This document shows, one piece after another, positions 25,856-37,917 of a DNA stretch of 50,115 bases; position 1 is the stretch's first letter, and every line of letters begins with the position of its first letter. Origin of the DNA: Chiloscyllium plagiosum (taxonomy: Eukaryota). The notes beneath the pieces were generated by a model. It had not been told where the DNA came from and did not search any database. It saw only the letters and a list, made by a program, of their open reading frames with translations. Made by a program: the position numbers and the translations under genes. The stretch covers positions 76,651,817-76,701,931 of the forward strand of contig NC_057711.1 of NCBI RefSeq assembly GCF_004010195.1, given 5' to 3'.

Positions 25856-26095
25856 AACATAATCAGTCAGAATTCACATCACTCACAAATGTCAGTTTAG
25901 CATGTTCTTTCAGATGGGGACATGGAGGCTCTGACAAAGAGGATCCGTACCTGGACCATGTCACTGGAACTTTATTCAGATGAATGTAGCACATGCCATG
26001 ACAAACAAATAAAATAGAAGGTTGTTAAGTGCTGTATGATTACTGATACCTTGCCCTCCAGCTCATGTCAGCAAAAAAGACAATATTGCATATGA

Positions 26096-27245
26096 GGTAG
26101 ACAAACAGAATGGTTGGAAGAACACAGCAAGCCAGGCAGCATCAGGAGGTGGAGAAGTCAACATTTCGGGTGTAACTTCTCTTCAGGACTGAGGATAGAT
26201 GTAAGGGGAGCTGCAGATAAAGAGGGTGGGGGGGTTGGTGATGGAGGAGAGGGAGCAGAGTGGTAAGGTAGGAATAAGTATAGGGTAAAACCTGGTTGGT
26301 TGATGGGAGGAATGAATCTGGTTGCTAGCTGGTAGGGAGGGTTGATCAGAGGAATGGAAGGGAGGGGGAGGGTCAGGGAAGTGATTTGGGGATGGGAAGG
26401 GAGGTTATTTGAAATTGGAGAACTCATGCAGAAAATGAGGTGTTGGTCCTCCAATTTATGGTCTGATTCACTTTGGCAATGGAGGAGGCCCAAGATGGTC
26501 ATGTCAGAGACAGAAAGGAAAAGGGAATCAAAATGGGCAGTGACATAGGAGGATGGAAGAACAGAGCAAGCCAGGCAACATCAGAAGGTGGAGAAGTCAA
26601 TGTTTCAGGTGTAACCCTTTTTTACGACTGGGTATGGGTGTAAGGGGAGCTACAGGTAAAGAGGTGGGCAGGGAGTGTGGGGCAGGGTGGTGTGGTCGCG
26701 ATAAGTGAACAATAGGTTGTGGGAATGACCTAGTTGGTCGATGTGAGGAATGAATCCAGTTGGTAGCTGGAAGGAAGGATCGATCAGAGAAATGGAAGGG
26801 AGGGGGAGTGTCTGGGAAGGGAGTCAGGGATGGGAGTTTCTCATTTCTCCCATTGACCAACCAGCTCCTACCCTCTATCTGTGTTCATGTAACCCTACTT
26901 CACCACCCGGCTCCACCACCACCACTCCCCCTCACCCCCTCGCCACCCTTATTTGAAGCTCCTCTTTCACCGCCCTGAGTCCTGAAGAAGGGTTACACAC
27001 AAAATGTTGACTTCTCCACCTCCTGATGCTGCCTAACTCACTGTGTTTTTCCAGCCTCCTATGTCACCAGTTATTTTAATTCCCCTTCCCATTCCCTCTC
27101 TGACATGATCATTTTTGGCTTCCTCCATTATCACAGTGAATCAGACGGTAAATTGGAGGAGAAACATCTCACCTTCTGCCCGGGCCACCTACAGTTCAGA
27201 GCACTCAACATTGTGTTCTCTAATTTTAAATAATCTCCCTTCCCA
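26096..27245. mobile_element. Penelope-like pLTR array: two tandem minus copies (26096-26544, 26545-26836) and an inverted plus copy pair (26843-27062, 27063-27245)
   Basis: GIY-YIG C-terminal peptide MTILGLLHCQSESDHKLEDQHLIFC (ORF 26158-26502); three decayed HHR motifs at 26157-26190 (-), 26596-26629 (-) and 26978-27012 (+). Confidence 0.85.
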
Positions 27246-27639
27246 CTTGCAGTTTTTTTGGTTCTAACCCCATATTGCTTGTAAGGGCATATTAGTGAAC
27301 ATCTACAGTTCAAGGTGAGAAGAAATCAGCTCTGTGTCCTTGTGAAACCTATGAGATCATGGATTAAATTTGTGAATTGTGCTCTACAGGTGCTACTTTT
27401 AGGGGCCCCTGTGATTACTTCTGCTTCACAGAAATGACTATGACCAATCTGAATTAACTAATAAAATGATTAAAATTGCTTGTGCCAGGACTTGTATCCC
27501 ACACAGTTGGATGTTACATTTCAAATGTAGGATTCTATGATTAAAGATGACCTGTACTGTGAAAGTGTCTTATTAATGCAATTACCCCGAAGGCCCTCAC
27601 ATCACTCACAGGTAAAACTTGAATGCTCTGACAGGGAAA

Positions 27640-28200
27640 AAAACACTCACTCTATCCACTCAGGTTGTGGTTACCTCAAGACTACTCTCGTCAATGTTTT
27701 CTTCCCCTTGTAATTTCCTACCTCCACCAATATAGATTCAACATCATTCAGCTCAAGATCGTATCTTGCTATCATACTCATTCTATCTCATACTAACAAA
27801 ACTACCCCACCATTCTTTGTTTCCTGCTGATCGTTTTGAAAAGTCACATACCCAGGTCCCATCACCAGTCACCCTTTATTCACTAGTGCACAGTACACTG
27901 GCTGTACCCAGCCAGCTCAGAGTCAGTTCTCTAAACTAAGAAAATTCTAATCTCTTGGTTATATTGGTCCGCCAAGGCTTTCCTGATTGTCTCAGGTAAA
28001 CAAACCCAGTCAAGCATTTCATAGTTGACAATCATTACATCCTAAATATTTAGTTTCCAACTTTGATTTTCTCATAACTAAATCTCTATAAGATCATGTC
28101 CATTAACCTCTACTTACATTGGTAATTCGTTTACGTTGTTCAGAATACTACATGTATTTAAGAGTCATCAACTTTGTATTTTTAGAATGTTTTTGATTCT
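27640..28200 (-). mobile_element. Old CR1 endonuclease-domain fragment, interrupted by an LTR remnant
   Basis: Minus-strand FQNDQQETKNGGVVLLV resembles CR1 EN FR.DR...KGGGVALLV. Confidence 0.6.
27857..28039 (-). mobile_element. Short Gypsy-type LTR remnant (3'-truncated)
   Basis: Minus strand starts TGTAATGAT and has a TATA-like ATATAA and AATAAAGGGTGACTGGTGATGGGA; interrupts the CR1 EN fragment. Confidence 0.55.
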
Positions 28201-29599
28201 ATTTGCTGCTGTTTACTAATGCCTGTTAACTCTGTCCCTTCCTTGTTAGCCTAGCTGACACGTGGTGCAGACATGAAATTGAGACATGTAACATAGTGCC
28301 AGCCAACAATAGTGTTCACCCCCTTATCTGATTACTGCTGGAAACCACAACAAAGTGCCTGACTTTTTCTCTGAAGTGAAAAACAGGGCAAGACAGAGGT
28401 ACTGTGCACCCTTAAGGGCAATGTGCAAAATGTTAAGGAATAGCAGGCATAGTGTGAGCATCCAAACAGGCACTAAGTGTATGAATGCTAAGACAGCAAG
28501 CAACGATCCCTGAGATGCTAGTCCACAAGATGCCTGTGTGCAGTGTCCTGGCATCAGCATTATAAAATGATAGGTGCTGGTGCACTCCAAAGTGCAGCTT
28601 TGAAGTGCAGAACTGTATTATAAGTTGACTAGAGATGTGCTTTGAGCAAGCAGAGAGGTTGGTACTTCCTGATGTCAATCTTGTGCATGGGGGGATGTTG
28701 GTAGTTGCTGCTCATTGGGCATGCAGCGAGATGTTGGTGACTGATGGAGAGCTAGAGGCACAAGCAGAGATCTGAAGTCATCAGGTAACTGCTCTATCAT
28801 TTCAGGAATTGTTGCCATGTAGTTTCTATCTGCTAGGTGGAAAATTGCATATCCACATAAAAGAGGTAAGATTTGGCAATAATTGCATGCTAAAGCAATG
28901 TTTTGGAGAATAGGAGTAATTCCTGTTGTCTTTGAGAAACTCATTTCTGTCAACCTTATTTTTTTGAATTGACTTGCCAACACCCATGCTGCTCAGGGGC
29001 TGGGAAGGTTCTACCAAATTATTGTAGATCAATAATTTTAATGAACAGTGCCATGTTCTGAATGTATCTAATATTTATGATTTGCAAATTTTATTTTATT
29101 TGCTGATGCCTTAATTGTTTTTTACATCCCACATCTCATTCTTAATTTTATTACTTGAGAAATCGACTGTACACACTGTAAAGGCTCAGAGTCAAAGCCA
29201 GTTTCTGGAAGCCCCAGCTACAATTTGCATAACAATTAATATTTTCAGGACTTTATTTCAAACATCCTGAGAAGATTTCTCCATGCATGATTAATAAGCC
29301 GCAGCCCCCTATTATAGGAACTTACACAGCAAAAAAAGAATTTAGACTTTGGATTCCAATACCAATAGCCACCTCTGAAGCACCCAACTTCACATATTTT
29401 TGTGTTGTCAAAGTGCCAATCAGGAACTTCAAGTTTCAGAAGATGGCTGCTGACTGCTATGAGAACAGTATGTGGTTTGTCTTCCCCTGACAGTTCTGCA
29501 CTGCCAAAGAACTGTTAGAATAGAAGTAAAGCTCTGCATTCTTGTTTGCTGACCTGATCAGAATCTCCTCTCAGGAAGGTGGAACTCACCATTATTTTG

Positions 29600-30830
29600 T
29601 AAAATGCAAGGGCAAAGGGCCAATCCTCATGAAATTGCCACTCCGGCCCAATGTTTCAACTATAATTAGTGTTTAGTAGACCTTGGATGGTGAGATGAGA
29701 GATAATAAAATGGTGTAACATCTTATGTGTTTGCATGAAAAAATGCCTTTGGATGAATTGGAGTATTGGGGATTATAGAGATGTGGAACATGGTGTCCCA
29801 GATGGAACGGTCCTTTTCGAATGATGAGGGGAGAAGGGCAGCTGCAATTGGTGTGTGCGTCGTGTTGGAGGTGGTGAAAATAATGAAGAATAATCTGTTG
29901 AAATGGAGACTGGTAGGGCAGAAGGTGGGACAGGATTAACTCTTTCATGGCTGTGGGAAGGAGGAGGAAGGGTGAGAGCATAAGTGAGGGGAATGGGCCA
30001 GACACATGGTAGGTGGGAATCCTCAGCTGAGATTAAATGCAGACATATCAAATACTGTGGTTTGGAAGGTTGCATTATTGGAACAGATACAATGAAGATG
30101 TAGAAACTTAAAGAATGGAAGAAAATCCTTACATAATGTAGATGTGAGGAAGTATAGCTGAGAAATGTGTAAGAAATGCACTTATATCGAATGGTTGTGG
30201 ATAATCTACCCCAAGAAATGGAGACAGTGAAGTCAACAAGGGGAAAAGTTGGACATGGAAGATGAGAGAAGCTTGGAAATTGGAAAAAAAATGTTGAAGG
30301 TCTTCCATTCAGGATTTGAGAAGAAAGCAGCACTGAAATAGTTATCAATCTAAGGTTTGGTTTGAGTAGGATTGGAAAAGGGAATGATCCACATATTTCA
30401 GATAGGGAGGCATGGTGGCACAATGGTTAGCACTGCTGTCTCACAGCACCAGAGACCCGGGTTCAATTCCCGCCTCAGGCAACTGTCTGTGTGGAGTTTG
30501 CACATTCTCCCTGTGTCTGCATGGGTTTCCTCCCACAGTCACAAAGATGTGCAGGTTAGGTGAATTGGCCATGCTAAATTGCCCGTAGTGTTAGGTGAAT
30601 GGGGTAAATGTAGGGGAATGGGTCTGGGTGGGTTGCTCTTCAGAGGATCGGTGTGGGCTTGTTGGGCCGAAGGGCCTGTTTCCACACTGTAAGTAATCTA
30701 ATCTAGTCATAAAGACACGCTGGAACTCATGTGTTACCTGTGGCAATATATTTCCATTCGGAGAAAGTGAGATAAGTTGAAAGGGAAGTTGCTCATTGAG
30801 AGAACATGTTGAAATGGCTGATGTCAGGCC
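29600..30830 (-). mobile_element. Old Penelope-like element RT/linker/endonuclease fragment
   Basis: ORF 29773-30423 LSTTIRYK..SYTFLSYTSSH resembles PLE YKPTDSHSYLDYTSSHP; continues beyond the inserted SINE. Confidence 0.75.
30405..30705 (+). mobile_element. HE1-type V-SINE, full length, young
   Basis: A box GGTGGCACAATGGTTAG, B box GGGTTCAATTCCC, V-domain, tail GGGCCGAAGGGCCTGTTTCCACACTGTAAGTAATCTAATCTA. Confidence 0.93.
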
Positions 30831-30879
30831 AGCAGTATTCAGTTAAAACATGAAGAAGCAAAGGTAAAAGGCTTTCAAG

Positions 30880-30987
30880 TGGAATCATGTAGTACCCTTC
30901 CCTCTGAGTTAGGAGGCTTGACTTCAAGTTCCACATGCTTCAGAGCTGTGTAATTACACATGTGAACAAGTTGATTAGAAATAGCCT
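30880..30987 (+). mobile_element. Short tRNA-derived SINE (second copy at about 20950-21036)
   Basis: CTCTGAGTTAGGAGGCTTGACTTCAAGTTCCAC vs TTCTGAGCCAGAAGGCTTGGTTCAAGTCCCAC, with similar TGATTAGAAATA/TAATTAAAAATA ends. Confidence 0.5.
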
Positions 30988-31882
30988 AAAAGGGTTTGCT
31001 ATTAACATAAGACTGTAGTGAGTGTCCTTTGTCTTTCTGATTACAGCTGTGAAGTGATAAAATACATTAATGAAGAGAATAAACATGCGGTTAGAAATAA
31101 CAAACTGGTTTTATTGGGGAATTTTAGCTCCCTTACATATTGGAATTAATTGATGAGCTCATATGAGGAAGCTAGCTGATTTTTTCACTGTCAGAATAGT
31201 TTCTTTCAAAAGATGTACTGGAATCAAGAGGAGAGGTCATATTATTGATGCCATAGAATTAACAATAAGCAATGAGGCAGTTTTAGTTAACTGCCTAATG
31301 TTAAATGCACAAATCTAATCATGGTCATGTCATTATTGATTTTATTTTCTATTCAGAAGCATTTTCATACACAACTGAGTGAACTTCCCACCACCAGATG
31401 CATTGTGATTTTTTTGTTCTTTTTTTTAACTATTATTCACCACCAGTAAAAACACCCATGTAGCTGATTCAATATTTACATGCAAAGCGCATTATGGGCA
31501 ATGCAAAACATCGAAAGTGAAGAGTGGGGAAAGTTTAGAGAGAGAAAGAAGAGACTAAATTACAGATGCACTGAGGTGGACATAAAGCACTGTATCCTCT
31601 GATGCCAACCTCTCTCTGAACAGATTAAGAACATTGATGCACTCCATGTGCTCAGTCTCCAACGATGCCAAGGCATATCAAAGAGGGGCAGACCCCCTCC
31701 ATAGCCTGCTCTCTGGGCCTATTTACAGCTAGAACCACGAGAAGGTCATTCAATCTGCCAAGACCCCTCCACACCTGACGCCCGAAGATCAGAAGCGTAG
31801 GGCTGACGTGCAACCAAAACCACAACATAGAGTTCACTGTTATTTTCCCCTGTTCAACCTTTAAAGATATTATAACACATGA

Positions 31883-33329
31883 ATTTTTTGAAGAAGCGAA
31901 AGAGGGGATTGATGAAGACAGAGCAGTGGAAGTTGTCATATGGACATCAGTAAGGAGTTTGACAGGGTTCTGCATGGTAGACAGCTAGGCAAAGTTGGAT
32001 CACATGGAATACAGGGAGAGGTAGCCACTTGGGATTGAAGGTAAGAGACAAAGGGTGGTGGTAGATTGTTGCTTTTGGACTGGAGGCCTGTGACCTGTGG
32101 TGTGCCGCAAAGATTGGTGCTGGATCCGCTGGATTTTTCATTTATATAAATGATCTGGATGTGAATATAGGAGGTATGGTCAGTAAGTTTACAGTTGACA
32201 CCAATATTGGAGATATAATGGACAGCAAATAAGGTTATCTCAGAGTACAACAGGACCTTGATCAGATGGGCCAGTGCATCAAGGAGTGCTAGATGGAATT
32301 TAATTTAGATAAATGTGAGGTGCTGCATTTTGGAAAGGCAAATCAGAGCAGGACTTAAATACTTACCGGTGAGATTCTGGGGAGTGTTGCCGAACAAAGA
32401 GAGCTTAGAGTGCAAGTACATAGTTCCTTGAAACTGGAGACACAGGTAGACAGGATAGTGAAGAAGGTGTTTGGTATGTTTACCTTTATTGATCAGTAGT
32501 CAAAAAGTGTGGTGTTGGAAAAGCACAGCTGGTCAGGTAGCATCTGAGGAGCAGGAGAGTCAACATTTCGAACATTAGCTCTTCGACTCTCCTGCTCCCC
32601 CATATTCCTGATGAAGGGTTTATGCTCAAAATGTTGACTCTCCTGCTCCTCGGATGCAGCCTGACCTGCTGTGCTTTTCTAGCACCACACTTTTTGACTC
32701 TAGTCTCTAGCATCTGCAGTTCTAACATTCTTCCTTTATTGGTCAGTACACTGAGTATAGAGTTGGGAGGTCATGTTGCGGCTGTACAGGACATTGGTTA
32801 GACCACTTTTGTAATACCCTGTTCAAGTCTGCTTTCCCTGTTATATGAAATATGTTGTGAAACTTGAAAGGGTTCAGAAAACATTTATAAGGACGTTCCC
32901 AGGTTTGGAGAGTTTAAGCTATAGGGAGAGTTTAAGCTATTTTCCACGGAGTGTTGGAGGCTGAGGGCTGACCTTACAGATGATTATAAAATCATGAGAG
33001 GCACGGTCAGAGTGAATATTCAAGATTTTTCTCCAGGGTAGGGGAGTCCAAAATTAGATTTAAAGTGAGAGAGGAAAGATTTAAAAGGGACCCAAGGAGG
33101 CAACTTTTTCACAGAGAGGGTCGTGCTTGTATGGAATGATCTGCCAGAGAACGTGATGGAGACTGGTACAGTGACAACATTTAAAAGACATCTGAATGGG
33201 TATATGAAAAGGAAGGATTTAGAGGGATATGGGCCAATTGGATTCAGATTAATTTAGGATACTGGTCAGCATGGGCAAATTGGACCAAAGCGTCTGTTTC
33301 CAATCTGTACATTTCTCTGACTCTATGAC
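31883..33329 (+). mobile_element. CR1/HER1 LINE, about 1.2 kb RT plus 3' UTR, interrupted by a PLE palindrome
   Basis: GVPQ..VL.PL, SKF.VDT and EFNLDKCEVLHFG motifs; CTGACTCTATGAC tail. Confidence 0.93.
32499..32732 (+). mobile_element. Penelope-derived inverted-pLTR insertion with decayed HHR
   Basis: Inverted arms; CTGATGA-AGGGTTTATGCTC-AAAATGTTGAC at 32608-32638; TSD CCTTTATTGATCAGTA (32483-32498)/CCTTTATTGGTCAGTA (32733-32748). Confidence 0.88.
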
Positions 33330-34249
33330 TTTTGGATCAGGTGGGTTTTGAAACCAAGTTTCTCAGTCCAGGGGTAGGGACACTATCACTACACTACAGG
33401 AGTTCCCTGAGTTAACTGTTGTTTTTGAAAGGGAGGAACCCAGAACAGCTGCTAAAATGCTTGATTTAAATGAGGTTGATTCAATACAGTGAGACAGAGA
33501 CTGTCTATTGTTAGCGAAGCAAATCGGCTAGAGGGTAAAACAATAGAATGTCAGTGGAAGGTGTGGTATTTAAAGAAGAGAACTAAATATAAAGGGCAGG
33601 TCAAACAAGAGCTTTATTCATCAAAACAAATTCCCTTGGTTGAATAGAGAAGAAACCACATAAAGCTGAATACAAATACAGTACACACAAGAATGCAAAA
33701 ACAGGTAAATCCTGATGAAAGGTTTGAGCTAAAGGGAGAGGCTGAACAGACTTGGGCTATTCCCCTTGGTATGTCAGATAAAAAGTTGCAAAACAGATAA
33801 TAAAACTTAAAATGGAGCCTGGTAAGGCATTAAAAAATGATCAAAAGAAGCTTTTGCAGCAATGCTATGATAAGGAGAATGATTAAGAGAAATATGGGCT
33901 TCGTAAATGATAATATACATGATACACATGTATTGTGTTAGTTACTGTGATGGAGGAAAATAAAAGTAGACTAAATATCTGAAAGAGATATAAGTGATTA
34001 AAAGTAGCAAGGCTGGTTTGAAATAAGAACTGGAGTCAATTTCTGGAAGGATAGAATTGATTATCTATTAACCTTATGTAGAATCGAGTTTAGGTACCAA
34101 TGGGATATACTACTGTTCCAGTTTCCATTTTTTTTTTGTTCAATACTGGTGACACTGGGTTTTGTAGGGTATATTAGAAAATATATTTTCACTTGGGGGT
34201 GAGACCAAAACTAATAAATAAATGTAACATTGTCTACAAAGATCGAATC

Positions 34250-34745
34250 AGGAGAACAATGGGATGAATATTCCCCACTTGCCTGGATGAGTATAGCTGT
34301 AACAATAATGACGAAGCTTGACGCTATCCAGGATAGAGCAGCCCGCTTATTTGTCCCCAATCCACAAACTCCTAGTCCTTCCACTACTGACACTCAGTAG
34401 TAGCATGTAGGATATACAAGATACTCTGCAGAAATTCACAGTAGATCCTTAGACAACATCTTCAAAACCTATGACAACTTCCATTTAAAAGGACATGGGC
34501 AGCAGATATTTAGAATGCTATAACATGCAAGCTCCCCTCCAAGCCACTTGTCATCCTGATTTGGAAACATATTGCAGTTCCTTCAGTATCTTTAGTCAAA
34601 ATCCAGGAACTGTCTCCCTAATCGTATGGTAGGTTTAAGCAACTTACCATACTTTCTCAAGGGCAACCAGGGAGGGACAATAAATGCTGACCCAGTCTGT
34701 GATGCCCATGTTCCACGAGTAAATAAAACAAAGCAAAAAAAAAGC
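34250..34745 (+). mobile_element. L2-clade LINE 3' end (tail shared with SacSINE1)
   Basis: EYSPLAWMS...KLDAIQDRAARL peptide; tail GGGCAACCAGGGAGGGACAATAAATGCTG...GATGCCCATGTTCCACGAGTAAATAAAA. Confidence 0.82.
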
Positions 34746-35895
34746 TAGGAGAATGGCAGAGAATAATTATAATGCGAAACAGCACAAATAGTGGTTTTCG
34801 CAATGTTGATGTACTTAAGGGCAGCTAAGAAGAAGGGGGAAAGGAAGAGCTGGACATGTTGATGATGTTAGATGAAGAGGGGTGCAGAGAGGCACTATAA
34901 GCATCATTGTGGACCTGTTAGGTTAAATGGCCTGTTTCTGAACTTTAAATATTGTGGAACAATTGTTACAAGCCCCATTAAAAACTCACAACTAAACCAG
35001 GTTTACTGAATGGCTTCTAAATTAAGACATTAGGAACACAATTCCAATTTTCATTGCTTTTACTTTAACATGAATCAGAACCAATGCACATTAAATTGAA
35101 TTCATTAACTAACAGACAAATGATATTGTAAATGGAAAAAGCATGTTTCATTTTAAATGGTAGATATAGCAAAGATATGCCATGTAATTACAAGCAGTTA
35201 CATCAGCACCTGCATAATTGTCACAACTGTAGCCATACCTTTCCAAAACAGACTGTGCTTAATTTATCTAGAATAGGGCAGAAGAGTATTTCACCTTTGA
35301 GTATTATGAATGTAATAATCATGATCATGTAGCTTTCTAGAATTCCTTTTCAACCAAAAAAAATCAATATTTTTCCAGTTCATGGTTTGGCCGTTTCTGG
35401 GATAACAGTAATGACTGAGCCATTAACACAGTTTTCCAGGTTTTAGACATTTTTAGTCAGGTGACACAATACCTGAAAGAACACCTTCTCCTCTGCCAAA
35501 CAAAAAATAATGACTGCGCCTTGAAAGTGATTTGCTTTGTCTTCTCTCAGGACTTTATTTGGTCTTTCTGTCTGTCTCCTTTCTTTCTGCGTTTGTATCT
35601 CTAGTCTGATTTCTTTCAGAATCCAATTTCTCAGCTTGTAGTTGTTCTCTGCGTGCAGCTTCCCTTCGTATCTTATAGCCACACATTTTCTTTCTTAACT
35701 TCTTTCCTGTTAGTGCTTCTGGATCAAGAGGTGCCAGGTGACATGGGCCAGATTTTCTTTATCGCTGAGAAAGTTAAATGCATCCCTTTTAATTGATGCA
35801 TAATCATAAATGTAATTTCCAAATATTCCGAAAAACAATTACAGATGCCATACACCTAAGGAAATTAAAATTTTCTTTACTATTTGTCTTCCAAG

Positions 35896-36070
35896 GAGAA
35901 AGTGAGGGCTGCAGATGCTGGAGATCAGAGCTGAAAATGTGTTGCTGGAAAAGTGCAGCAGATCAGGCAGCATCCAAGGAACAGGAGAAGGGCTTATGCC
36001 CGGAACGTTGATTCTCCCGTTCCTTGGATGCTGCCTGACCTGCTGCGCTTTTCCAGCAACACATTTTCAG
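35896..36070 (-). mobile_element. Penelope-derived inverted-pLTR insertion (HHR core partly deleted)
   Basis: Arms at about 35931-35987 and 36013-36070; 35-nt tail; perfect 15-bp TSD TATTTGTCTTCCAAG (35881-35895 and 36071-36085). Confidence 0.9.
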
Positions 36071-37917
36071 TATTTGTCTTCCAAGTCAAATGTTATCATA
36101 TTCTATTATTAATCAAATTGCAGTTAGATAAAAATAAATTATCAAATGCAAACAATTTCATTCACACATAAACCTTTAACTATTCAGCATTGGAACTATC
36201 CCTTCACTATGTCCAGAAATGAGTGCAAACAAATGTGATTATGAAGAACACAGACTAGGTAATAACTGATGTATGAAAACATATCACCATGTGTTATTGA
36301 ACATATAATTTCTGAAATGCAGTAAGACAATCATTTTCCTTGTATCACCAGTCATCCAGTTTTTTTGTTCAATTTTTTGTTTGATCATAAATTCAAGCTG
36401 ACATTTACTCATTAGCAGTTGATAAGAGAGCCACATTTAATGACCGTAAAGGAAATGATATCACATTCTTGCAATTAGGTTGCCTATATGATAGTATAAC
36501 AATTTGACTAATGCATAAAACATCCATAAAAGCAAAGTTCTAGATGCTCTTATCCAGATAATGGACTCAATATTATTAATCTCAAACTTTTTTTGTTTAT
36601 TCTATGTGAACATTGTATGATTATGATAATCCAGAGAAGTTCATGGATGCTACATTAATATTTATTTTTTAAAATTCAGTTGTGCTTGTTTTTCATCTGT
36701 GCAATCCAATTTATTGCAAAGCTACAAATGCTTCCTTCGCAATGTTGAAGGCTAGCCCTCAACGAACTTCAGCCAATAAAAATCGCCTCTGCTGAAGTCC
36801 TAATTGGCCTATTGCTCAATAAAAAGGGAGACAGAGTGCATTTGGAAAATGGTTAATTAATGTCTTTGCAAAACATGATTATCTGTAACATGAAAATTAT
36901 GTTAGGTGCATTAAACATAGACCTAGCAGGGTTCACTAGCATTATAGAGGTGGTCTCCAAACAGAGGAGGAAGGAACGGAGAGAGCTATGGGAGAAATTT
37001 ACAGAGCTCGGGGCCTGAATGACTAAAGGTGCTATCAAGATTGTCACACTTCACGAACATGGCTTCTCTCTGATCCACTTGTAGACCATTTAGGAGGCAT
37101 AGACTTACAATGCAAGATGCATTGACAATTACAAAGACTACAACAGGACTACTTGCATGCTTTGAGCATCCATGCCTTGCCTGTTAGCAAGTTGATGCTT
37201 CAGCCAGAACCAAATACATATTGACATGCTCTTTTGCACAGATACATGGACAGCTGCTTGCCTTTTTGGTTGCAAAGTGTCCTGGGGTTAAGGAGGGGTT
37301 AGAAGCAGCAGAACTGTGGTTGACAACTTGTTGTACAGTGTAACAAGATATTAATCTAAAATTCACAGCATGTCCCAGCTGCCTGTACGTCAAACACACA
37401 GCACATTTATTCCACCAAATAGCCAGTCAAAAGGAGTTGCCATCTGTAGGGATCCTGGGACCATTAGTCAGGGGCATAGTCCACACACAGTCCACAGGCT
37501 TGGTCACAGTCAGTTATCAGCTTGAGCAGCTCACTGTCAGGGGATTTCCCTCCTGCAGTCCACGAAGTGGGCTGGCATCTGTGCTGTGAAGCCAGCACCA
37601 ACAGTCAGGGGAAGAGGTGTACTGTCAGATAGGAAGCTGCAAACAGAGCAATCAGGGGTTTAGCTAGTTACTACTTTTTCTCATTTATATAAATGATTTG
37701 GATGCGAACAAAGGAGGTAGAGTTAGTAAGTTTGCAGATGACACCAAAATTGGAGATGTAGTGAACAGCGAAGAAGGTTACTTCAGAGTACAGTGGGATT
37801 TTAATCAGATGGGCTAATGGGCTGAGGAATGGCAGATGGATTTTAATTTAGATAAATGTGAGGTGTTGCATTTTGCAAAACTAAATCAGAGGAGCACTCA
37901 GATACTTAATGGTAAGG

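Noticed and set aside
33711..33745. CTGATGA motif suggesting a hammerhead
   Set aside because: No stem II or GAAA; the following sequence is a small HER1 fragment
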